Shown: one piece after another, positions 38,003-49,398 of the stretch
Position numbering within the stretch: position 1 is the stretch's first letter
Layout of the letters: every line of letters begins with the position of its first letter
NCBI RefSeq assembly: GCF_036588685.1
Contig: NC_086375.1
Coordinates: 45,260,001-45,324,000, forward strand
Direction of reading: 5' to 3'
Source: Mytilus trossulus
Lineage: Eukaryota
DNA length: 64,000 nucleotides
Made by a program: the position numbers and the translations under genes
The notes under the pieces: model-generated
What the model was told of the DNA's origin: nothing
Database searches by the model: none
The model's input: only the letters and a program-made list of their open reading frames with translations

Positions 38003-41000
38003 AACATATGTGTTATTGCATAGTATCCGTATTTAGTACTCGACAGCTGGCCTAATATATAACTTAATTGGGTTTTCCAATTTAAATGCATACTGGACAG
38101 AAGTACGATTGCCCTAACATACTATTTGACAGGTGTACGAGTGCACACACACAAAAGTAAGATATGTATTTTTTTGTTAGTTTGAGGATGATCAGGGTAT
38201 TTCTTTTTCAAAGTCTAGATTCATATTTTGGGTAAAAATTATCATTTTCAATCCTTATTTCTTATGAAATCATATATGATTTGGATTACAAACATCTAGA
38301 AATTAAACATACTTACTCGCTTATAAAAGTTTCTTTCATTATTATATCATGGATATTTAAATGCTTTAATGTTAAAGTGAAACTGAAAGTACAAAAATGT
38401 ACGCTTGGCAGTTAGAAATATTCTATAATCCTAAGTTCATTTAAATGACTGAAACTTGCTTATAATGAAAAGAATAAACGATGAATACATTTAACCCAAG
38501 ACAAAAGAAACAAAGTATTGAAATGAAAACACCGCGCGTTAAAATACTATTAAATACATACATGTAGAGCGAAAGGAAAGCCTAATTTATTGAAATTATC
38601 CAGGCTATGGTCTTGGGATTTTCCAATTATGTCACATTGTGTTATGTTTTATTAAAGACTTTGAATGGCACAGCCTAATATATTTTCGAAGAACTATCTA
38701 AGTTAAAGATTATTTACACCACCTACATATGTATGTCTGAACAAAAGAAGTTGTTATAAGGAATGGACAATTAGACATTCATACTGGGCATCGTTTATAT
38801 CGTTATGCAAATAAATGCACTTACCTATAATACTTGAAGTTTGCTTATGTACAAATTAATGTTTATAATTGGAAAGTTACGATCTAGAATATTCATCACG
38901 GCAAAACCTGTTCGTTCAATATAGTCAAAATTTTTTGTATTAATTAGTGAGAGAACATCATCTATTTAGCGGAACAGTCACAGTGATACATCCAATTGAG
39001 CTTACTCTTACACTTACACCTTACTATAATTTAAAGATGTTTTTATATTGATTTTTATTTTGATTAATTTTGCTTTATTTTACTGATAAATATTTGATTT
39101 CGTTACCTTGTTGCAAATATCCAAATAAAACGAAGGAGTTGTAGTATGATCGCCAAATCCAAAGCTGTCCACACAAATTCAAATGACTTAGATGTAAGTA
39201 ATTATATATCCGTACAAGATTTAAAAAAAAAGTAGTTCTTGATTTTTGTCAGCTCGTCCCTCTTATTGAACATAACACTGAGAATATAAAAACACTACAC
39301 ACACTTTTGACCAACTTATATGCTCTGTAAGGATTAGTTGTGTTTGCTCCACGTATGATACGGACCTTGTTACTCCTTTGAAAATTTTTTGGGTATATAT
39401 TATCCGATGATTATATAGTTAACAGTAGCTGAAAATTGTCTTTCATATCTGTCTTAAAAATAGAAAAATGACAGCCTGAATCATGAGCGTATGGGTGTTT
39501 TAATCCTGATTTGAGCAAAGGTTTCATTATGTACCATTTTGTAACCAGGTGTGTTGTACTGACGACACTTGATAAAAAAGTGAATTTCCATTAGCTCAGT
39601 AAAGTACAAGTTAAAGAAAATGTCCTTGTCCTACTGATCATAGCTTTAGTTTAAATATTAGGCTCTTAATTATAATTTCAGGCGACAGACAATGAATGAT
39701 GATATATCATAGATTTATTTAAAGGTCTCGGGTGTTTCTTTGTTTACTCTAAGAAAACTCTTCAGTTGGGTGCCAATTAAAATTCCATACAGAAGCGGAC
39801 GCTTATAATGTGGATTTCCAATGTAGACTTATGCTGAATTCAATTAATTTAATTTATGTATAATGTCTATCTTTAAATATACAAATGTACATTGTTTCAT
39901 GTCGAATTTGAATATATAAATAAATACGCCCCATTAGATTAATGACGTTGTTAATGTAAAGACTAATAGTATGCAAGATTGTTGAAGATTACCACAACCC
40001 TTTTTATTTATTTTACACCACCTTTACACGAGAGGGAAAACAAATACTTCGCACACATATCAAATCAGATACGTTGACAGCACAAACATTTTAGTTTTAG
40101 GATCTTTCTTTTCTACATATTCACAAACATTATCATAGTCTGTTTTAAGCGAAATATGAGCCTTTGTGGATCCTTGTTTTAATACTACAGCTTAAATTAA
40201 CACTATATTGTAAAATGATCTATTCTTAAAAAAGTGAAAGATAATTAAAATGATTTCTTAAAATGAATATCTGTTCTGAATCTATAAAGTTTCTTATCGA
40301 GAAGGCTTGATTTTCAGTCCGTCCCCTTATTTCACTCTTTGGAAAAATCCTTGATCTCCACTGGTTATTATATTCACTACACTTTTAACTAAAGAAACAT
40401 TTGTGAAAAACTCTGATGCTCTGAAAAGGTTACCAATTCCTTCCTCTCTAGTTACAACCGTAATGTTACTCCGAATACATTTTGTTGTAGAGAATATGTG
40501 TTATGCAAAAGAGATTTGGTAAATAATACTCATATATATAGTTGTTTTGAGCTATATCATTATAAAAAAAATAGACAGATGCATGTTTGTTTGGGATTTA
40601 ATTTCAAATTGGAAAAGAACTGTGTTATCGGGAGTGTTTTTCTGGCAACACTTAAACAAATATCTTTTATCTGTTAGATATTCACAAGAATGTCCTTGTA
40701 TTATAATCTTAGTATACATATTGGACTATGTAAGTAACAAAACAATTGTCATCGGAATCTCAAGTTTCTCTAAGTTTTTACATTCATACAACACTTATAC
40801 TGAATGATTATGAAAATCCACTACAAAGATCTGATATGTGACAGAACACATATACCTTGTTCTAGATTTCCATAGTACATTTACACTTTGACAAAGACGG
40901 GTTTTGAAACCATCTAAATAAAGTCTTAATGATTATTTTTAACTATCGGATAAAAAGACAATAACGTAGTTTATTCTGCATCTATAGAAATACTTTCTGT

Positions 41001-43601
41001 TGTCTTTATTATCAAAATATAGTAAAAAAGTGAAATTTCCTGCCATGACTTTCAATGTCAAGTCAATTATCTTCGAAATTTTATGCTCACGAAGGGATGA
41101 TAGAAAATTCATATGAGTATTATTTTAATTTTAGTTTCTTGTGTACAATTTGGAAATTAGTATGGGTGCGGGAATTTCTCGCTACATTTAAGACCTGTTG
41201 GTGACCTTCGGCTGTTGTTTTTTTATTTGGTCGGGTTGTTGTCTCTTTGACATATTCCCCATTTCCATTTTCAATTTTATTTGCATTTATATTACTATAA
41301 CTGAAACAATTTATAGCTGCAGTATTTACAAACGAAATCAATATAAAAAAGACCACCTTGTTAGTAATTGGCACCGCCCTGTATAATGTCCAAATAAAAA
41401 TAGGTGATGTGATAAGACTGACAATGAGTTGAAGATATTATCATTACAGCAAAATGCATTGAGTGTGTAAGTAAAGGTTATAAATTTGGCTAGCTTGCTT
41501 GTTACTAAACTGTCGCTCAGTTTTTAGTTTTCGAATTTGTCTTAAATAGACCGTTGATTGTGTTTATTTCGTCTTCCGTTTTTACCTCGTCATAGCCTTA
41601 TAAGTTAAAGTATCCCTTTGGTATCTTCCGTCTTTCTTTTATGCTTTTTGTATTCACACTATATAGAATTCCTTTACAAGTATGTGGTCCTGAAACCCAA
41701 ACAGCACACATAGAGTTAGTAAAAAACATTACTAAAATCAAAGTTACATAACGCTGAATGGTTACCATCGCGGATTGGTTCTAAATATAATCTTTGACAA
41801 AATATTTTCAAACTTTTTACAGTATATGTTTATGTATACACACGTGCTTAGTTCTCGCAGCCACAATTCACATTTATTTTCACTATGACAGCACCGAAGG
41901 TGAGTTATTGTCGAAGTTTGCTTGACTTAATGATGTAGGTAAATAGGTGAAATTTATTGGTATTTTAAAACAATGTCTATCTACTACAGATCTGAAAAAA
42001 TCGAAAATATAGTTGATTGAAACTGTTCAAGAAATTATCAACCAATAAAAATCGACAAATAAATCGAGGAAGCCAAACTTGTAATTGATTCCTAACACAG
42101 AGTTTTGTCCTTTATAGCTTCGTTTAATAAGTTGAGAACATTTTTTTATATTTACACTTGGAGATGAAATAAAAATGGAACATTGTCAATTATCTTTTAG
42201 TTTGTAAAAACTACCAAATTAATTTGATACCAAAATATTTCAAATCGAGATCCATTTTTAGTGACTAACTTGAATATGATGGTTGATTGATCGGACATCC
42301 TGTCTGATCATGTACAGAAAAATAACAGATATCAAGTACAGTACAGTATAAAAAAAAATGAAGTACACAATGGACAATAATTCATTGAAGAAGACTTGAT
42401 AACACATTGTCAAACAGAAAAAAAAGCGGTGAGTGACAAATTGTACACCATAAACTATCTAAAGAAAACACAAAATTACTTAGAACCAATAATATTATTA
42501 TATTTGTTGATTTTCAGTGATAATATGAATTTTCTCTTATTTTGTGCTATTTTCACATTTTTTGATCTGTGTGGGAAAAATATTTTTCCTCACTAGTGAA
42601 ATATCTGTTCTCGGCAAATGATTAGTAAAAATGTTTTATGACGTTAAAATGTTTTGTTTCTTCTAAATTTTCCTATTGTGACGTCATTCAAAAAGGTGAA
42701 CATGCCTGATGACTTTATTGTACCAAACCCCCTCCACCCCCACAGAAGTCTATGTTTCGGTATGCACAAGTCTTTATTACCTTGTTAGATGTCCAGTTAA
42801 AACAGATGAAATCAATTTAATTATCTCCCACAGAACACAAATATTCTAGATAGAACCAAGGGAGAGTCGTGTGATTTGAAATGAAATTTTACGACACATA
42901 TTATTTTGCATATTGTTTAATTTTCATGGTGATGATATAGATTATTTGATATAAAAAGGACAAGGGTGTTCTTTAAGGTCCACATGGTGCCACTCTTTCA
43001 GCAGTCAGTGCTTCGAAACTGGCATATATCTATACAAAACAATGTTCGGAGTTTTCAAATTCATAATATTTTGTCAATGTAATAACACTAAGATAGAAAG
43101 TAACCCGTACGGATTTGGTCACATGGAGGTAAGATAGAAAATTTACTCTTTTATTTGATTTTTGCCATTTGATAAGGGACTTTCCGATTTTAATTTTTCT
43201 TAAATTTTTCTTGAATTTGTCTGATATTTTTTGTTATCTTTACGATTTCCCGGTGATACGTTTTGATCTGACGGAAATTATATCATTCGTTATTAAGAAA
43301 TAAGTTTCTTCCTAAAGGTTAAAGTGGAAAGATTAAGAGGAAAATGTTTGTGTATATCCATATTTCCTTTCTGGCTAAAACCAAAATAAAATCATATAAA
43401 TCCTTTTAACCTTTCGTAAAATTTTCGAATAATATTTGAGAAAAGGAATCTTGACATGTTTTGACACATTTTAAAGGAAAATATATCATCCTCTACGAGC
43501 TCGAAATCGTAGCTTAACTAAATACTAGCATCAAGGCTGTTCGATTGGGTTGATATATATTTAATATACAACAATATTGATGATTTATTTACAGTTCTAG
43601 T

Positions 43602-44843
43602 ATGGGCTCTCTGTTATCAAAAGGAAGCACTATTACAAAGGACAAGTATGAGAAGACGAAAGAACAAGAACCAAACATATCAATAAAGGTTAGCGAGTTT
43701 ATTGCAAAGATAATAGCAACACCACCTTTAAAATTGAAACTGATTGACATTTACCATGGGATATATGAACGATTATGTGGACCCTGGGGAAGAGTGACTG
43801 GCAGCTATGCTGATAGTCTTTCTATGTCCACATCAGATGTTGATATAATATTGGATAACATATCTGTTAATTCAAGCCCTGAAATGACAATGAACAATTC
43901 GTGTACCATGGAACTAGTTATTTTTACAGAGGATAATGCTATACCACCGGGATGCTGTTGGCTACGAGCCTACCAAAAAGTTGCTTTCATGGGAAAATAT
44001 GTGCCGTCAGATTCAACTTCTTTTCCTTTTGTAAGGGTAAATGGACTGACTAAACACGTTACAGATGCTGAATGGAATCTTGTAGATATCAAAGGATACA
44101 AATGCTTGTCTTGCCGAAATATTAATGAACAGAGGGCGAAGAGTGGTTTAACTTCCTTCCCTTTTATTAATCGATTCCTGCCACACTGGATACCACATGG
44201 ACCAGCATTTAAACAGACATATTTTTGGATATTTGATGTTGATATCGTGGATGCTTTCAAATGTAAAACACTACCTCCAGTGTTACAAAAATGGGCAAAA
44301 CGAACACGAAAAACATGGCCATCACAAAGCACTATAGAAAAAGCTTTAGAACAAGGTTGTCATGTAATGAGTCTGCCTTCAAAAATTTCTTCTGATGAAT
44401 TTACAGAGGTTGAGTTTAGACTCGGTTATGGGGCCATGGAAAAGATTCTAACAGAATCTCTTAGTGACTGTCAAAAACAATGTTATATCCTACTTAAGAT
44501 AATACTAAAAGAATACATAGAACCACGATTCCCTGGTGAAGATATTGTATCGTCGTATGTCATGAAGATGTTGATATTCTGGATGTCAGAGGAAACAGAT
44601 TTAGATACTTGGCGTCCAGAGTGTCTTCTTGAATGCTTGGAGATGTGTCTAGGAAGGCTGTTTGATTGGATTGAATATGGTTATTGTCCGAACTTCTTTA
44701 TTCCCGAATATAACATATTTCGCACAAAACTTACAAGTATACACTCTAATAATTTTATCTGTTTGATGAGGGAAATCATGGATTTAAAATGGAAGGTATT
44801 GCTTCATTGTAAAACAATGCAATGGGTGAATGTATACGTATAG
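43602..44843 (+). CDS. cGAS-like receptor (cGLR, Mab-21 family nucleotidyltransferase), 413 aa, single coding exon; C-terminus possibly truncated
   Basis: NTase motif TG67S68-x10-D79VD81; HGPA followed by third acidic residue D214 (DVDIVDAF); Mab-21 C-lobe motifs WPS...GCHV, FRLGYGAMEK, CYILLK, SSYVMKMLIFW, CPNFFIPEYNIF; acceptor tttacag at 43594. Confidence 0.9.
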   Translation: MGSLLSKGSTITKDKYEKTKEQEPNISIKVSEFIAKIIATPPLKLKLIDIYHGIYERLCGPWGRVTGSYADSLSMSTSDVDIILDNISVNSSPEMTMNNSCTMELVIFTEDNAIPPGCCWLRAYQKVAFMGKYVPSDSTSFPFVRVNGLTKHVTDAEWNLVDIKGYKCLSCRNINEQRAKSGLTSFPFINRFLPHWIPHGPAFKQTYFWIFDVDIVDAFKCKTLPPVLQKWAKRTRKTWPSQSTIEKALEQGCHVMSLPSKISSDEFTEVEFRLGYGAMEKILTESLSDCQKQCYILLKIILKEYIEPRFPGEDIVSSYVMKMLIFWMSEETDLDTWRPECLLECLEMCLGRLFDWIEYGYCPNFFIPEYNIFRTKLTSIHSNNFICLMREIMDLKWKVLLHCKTMQWVNVYV

Positions 44844-47800
44844 AGTTTTGGTAGATAGCATGGTATCTTGTACAAAGAAGAACTTTATTGAAATCTATAT
44901 ATGTCATTACGTAGACACGTTAGATTGAATAAAAGTCCGTCCCTTAAATCTTTATTGGACAATTTAACAATACTGATGATTACTTAGTCGACAATTTATG
45001 TCCGATTTGAAATTTGTTATGGGCGATCGAACACTTATAACAAGGTTTAAAATGTCTAATAAAAACGCATGCTTGGATTTTTTTTTAGCTATAAAAAAAA
45101 AATGAAGAAAGTCGGGCAAGTATTTGTTCTCATTAAAAAAAACCACAAATACATGATCATTCAGATAGAGTATGTCCAGGTAACCAAGAACATTGGTACA
45201 AAATACATTTTACAGGAAACCGAAACAAGGATTTATGACTAAATTCTTAACTTTGAACCTAAGGTCAGATAAAAGAGTCATGTTATCACAAGCGTACACC
45301 ATTTAAATCCTGTTTCTGTTCAAATACATTTGCTATTATAATATCGCAACGCACAGTTAAACCTTCAATACACAGCAAAATTTAACACTGCATAGCAAGT
45401 TCAGACCGTTCCCTATCAACGTGTATACGTTTGATGTTTTGTTTAAATGTCGATTATACTGAGCATTCATATGTAAAAATACGATTCCTGAAAACCGCTA
45501 CTGAACGCCTCAATGTTCATAAAATGCATGCGTTTCCTATATTGCACAATATTGTTATCTGCATCCAGTGAACGTTCAACCGCATATTATTCTTGTCTTT
45601 TTATAAGTGCTCTGACAACCTTAGGAGGATTAAATATCAAATATTGTGACATTGCTTATTTTAATGGCGAGAACAAAATTGTCTGTGGATGTCTGATGTA
45701 ATTGTACGTTCCTTTGGGGTTGCACTTTGTAAAAATAGTTGTTTCACAAGACACACCACTTGAGAAGATGGTTAATATTCATAGAATATTGTTTTTACCA
45801 ACCGATGGAATTCGTGTGTCATATCATAGAGAAATGCCTTTTGAGTTTTATCAATATACATACAGTTGTAATTGTTGCAATCGAATTCTCAGAAAAAACT
45901 CAACACAATAAAGAGGGAGGAGGGTGGATTTTTAGTACAGCATTTATTTATAACTTACAACTATAAGATATTCAAAGGTGAGATTTTCCATTCCAAGATG
46001 TAATTGTTAACAAAATTTTGAATACATTGTATGTTTTAACAGCAGAAGTGCAATATTCAGAGCTATATTTCCATCTAAGTGAAACCTCTGATTTTAAAGT
46101 GTAGGAGGACGCTATTTAATACTATCGGGCTAAAAACTTTGAGCTAGTTGATGTGAACAATCTTTTAGATGGTATTGTCATATTTGTAGTTTTGCTGTTA
46201 AAAAAAGTCCATTTCCTGTAAAAAAAATGTTATATATTTTTATTTACCTTTTTCCATGTTACATTCGAGTGAAAAGGAAAAGGGTAAAAAAAAGGATTGA
46301 AGTTTAAGCAAAATCGTGTCACTTGTTCTGCTGCCTGTCTGATAAAGGGTATATAGTGTTGCCATTGTTAAACAGTAAATTCTTTTTCATTTAGGATTTT
46401 ATCATATGTTTATTTTTACCTTTGGTTTGAATGATAACTTAATAATCAAGATTTAAAAAAACAGAGCTAAAAGAAAAAGAGCTAATTCTTATGTCTTTTC
46501 CAAAAATAACATCATTAATGGTTGCCATACGTCATATCTTAGCTGAAGTTGACAGAAGTGCCTTTTAAAAAATAAGTTACACCTTAATTTGACTCTAGCC
46601 AATTCAGAGTCTAATCAAACTCATCAAATATACCATGCTTTTAATTGTGTACGCTAGAAACGCATTTCCAATACAAAAAAACATACGAGTCACATAAGCA
46701 AAACAGGCCAAATGAGAGAATGAACGCTCCAATAGATCAATGTTTTTTTTGTCAAATACAGCCATGGAAATATATTCCTGGTACTGGTCGTGAAGGTTAT
46801 TTGGTCCAATCCCTCTACGTCGCTGTTTATGGACTATAAAGTTTTGCAAAGTTGCTTGTTAAAGTTTATGATTATGTCAGTTTCAGATGAATCAATGATG
46901 GTACATTAATATTTGGTATGCATTCGATTAAGCATAGGGACATCTCATGTCCAGGTAGATTATTTGGTTTCATCCTATCTCCATGGGGATTATAGCCCAA
47001 ACCCTCTTTTAGTTGTGGCTCAGTGAGTTTGAAACCTCTGAAAAGTTAAAAGTTAAAGTAGTTTAAGGGGGATATTTGATTATATTTAATTATATGTGGT
47101 ATACACTTGTAGTTTAATGGTACATTTCAGAACAAGATTCATTGACTTTGAGATGTTGCATAGTTTTTATCTTGAAGTGTTGCTATGTCAATTTCAACAT
47201 TTGCATAAGTGAATACAGGAAGTTCGATCAGTATAATTTTCAGTTTTGAATATTTTCTGTTTTTTAAAATGAGATAGTCGCTACACGTACAGGTTATTAC
47301 AGTCAACACATATACAGTAAGTTTTACTTTTTTGAAATTCAAAATGTATTGAAGAAGTACTTAATGCTTATGGCGTACTAAATTATAATCCTGATACCTT
47401 TGATAACTATTATGATGAGTATAAAATCGTCCATTCGTGTTTTTCTTTCTAATCTTTTAAAATTCAATTTTAATTTTATTAAATTAAACAAAAACGACAT
47501 TTGAATTTTACTGCTCCCTTCGATTTTTTATGTTTTCATTCTTTCATTTTCGCCGATTTTATACTTGCTTATAATTGTATTTACAGTTTAACACAGGTCA
47601 GTAAATACTGGCAATTCATATCGAAAGGTCAGTGCAGATGATCGCGAGAAAGTTATACTTATTTTTTTCTACACACCTCAATCTTGAATGCCTTTGCCAT
47701 GATATGTCCGCAATATGTATAGATGGAACTTTTAAATGCTGCCCGAAATACTTTTATCAATTGTAAGGTGTAGTACCACTATTGATGTTCCCCAATTTGC

Positions 47801-48849
47801 ACTTTTCAAAAAATTGTGCAGAATTTATCTTTGTTTCAAATAAAGAAATACTTGACATGAGTAAAGTTTTATCCTGTTAGATAAAGTATCTTTAGTTTAT
47901 TTTCTCTAGTACGTCATTGACTTTTTATTCTGATTTTACTGATGTTTTTATATCTATTTTATTTTTATCACTCAACTGTTATACCTATACTGATTTTATT
48001 TTTCCGTTTTTATGTAAGAGAAAAGAGGGACGAAAGATAATAGAGGGAGAGTCAGACTCATAGATAGGATATATAAACTGACAACGCTATGGCTAAAATT
48101 AAAAAGACAAACAGACAAATAACAGTACAGAACACAAAACATAGAAAGCTTAATACTAAGCAACACGAACCCCACCAAAAACTTGGGATAATGTCAGGTG
48201 CTACGGAAGGGTAAGCTGATCCGTTCTCTGTTCACAGATATATACTTTGATGAATAGGGGTTTACATTCTAATAAAATAAGATACCCCTTATAGTGTCAG
48301 TTGATTATCAGACATCGTGAGGGATTGTATATATCATATTATAATATTTTTATTTATTTGAGAGTTTTGTTTAATAGCGTTTGTTTTATTAATTTACACT
48401 TTTTTTACGGGAGACACAGGAAAATTAGGAGCTGGACATATTGAGGTTGGACTAGCAATAAAAACAGGTTTAACCGCAATGTTCCTGTACAAAGGTAGAA
48501 ATATGGCAGCTGTTAACAAATAGTCTGTTTCAAATTATTTTTGTGTTTTTTTTCTACAGGTCAGTGTTCTGATGTTTTCCTCTTATAGTTTATGTGTTGT
48601 CCTCGGTTTTAGGTTTCAACTCTGATTTGTTTTCTCATAATTGATTTATAACTTTTGATCAGCTGTTGACTACTGCCTTTAATGTATAAACTTTTCCTCA
48701 GAGTTTATGAAAGTCATCTAACAACAACTGTCAGATCAGATACATGGTTAAGTATGAAACAACACATTTGTGTTCTATATGTTTATATTATTCTTCAAAC
48801 AAATTTTTAAAAACAATTCTTTTGTGTTATTGTCGGTCATTAGGTAAGT

Positions 48850-49374
48850 ACAGGAAGTGAAAAAAAGATTAATTAAAACTCAATTAAAACAAAACATCCT
48901 TGTTTCAACTTTCTGTTGTTTCAGGTAGACGTAGTTCACTTCCTATTCAGGTTATTACAACCAGCAGGTCATAAGTAAGCATTCTTCAGTTGTTGTTCAC
49001 ATTCAAAATTGGATAAATTTTATACATGCTGATATAATTGTAATGTATGTATATATATATATACAACTTTCTTCTCTTCAAGGTAAAAATTACAATGAAT
49101 TTACTTCATGTATGTTGTATTCTTATGTTGCATTCTAAGCTGTTTCAACAGTCTCAATAAAACAATGTATCCAAAGTTAACAAAATATTTAACACGCATG
49201 TAACAGTTGGAAATGTTCTCACCTGCATCTTCATAATTAAAAAATATAGAACTTTAGATTTTTTTGCTCATGCAGAAGACACTTTCAGTCTACTTGTTTA
49301 GACTTACAGTGGAACACAGTATCCCCTGCTTATTTCAGAAAGGATTGCTAAATCAATAATTTTATATTTCACAG
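48850..49374 (+). promoter_or_regulatory. Putative TLR-A promoter, non-coding exon and 5'UTR intron
   Basis: ETS-type ACAGGAAGT 48850-48858, donor GTAAGC 48975, acceptor ending 49374; same layout upstream of all three TLRs. Confidence 0.55.
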
Positions 49375-49398
49375 GTTACTTAGTAAACAAAAAGAACA

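Noticed and set aside
41885-41906. Upstream coding exon for the cGLR (ATG ACA GCA CCG AAG|GTGAGT)
   Set aside because: Splicing to either nearby acceptor (43594 or 43600) gives an immediate stop or the wrong frame; at most a 5'UTR exon with a uORF.
8479-44843. Bacterial CBASS operon or contamination
   Set aside because: The genes have spliceosomal introns, are tens of kb apart and are embedded in animal repeats; the resemblance is conceptual only.
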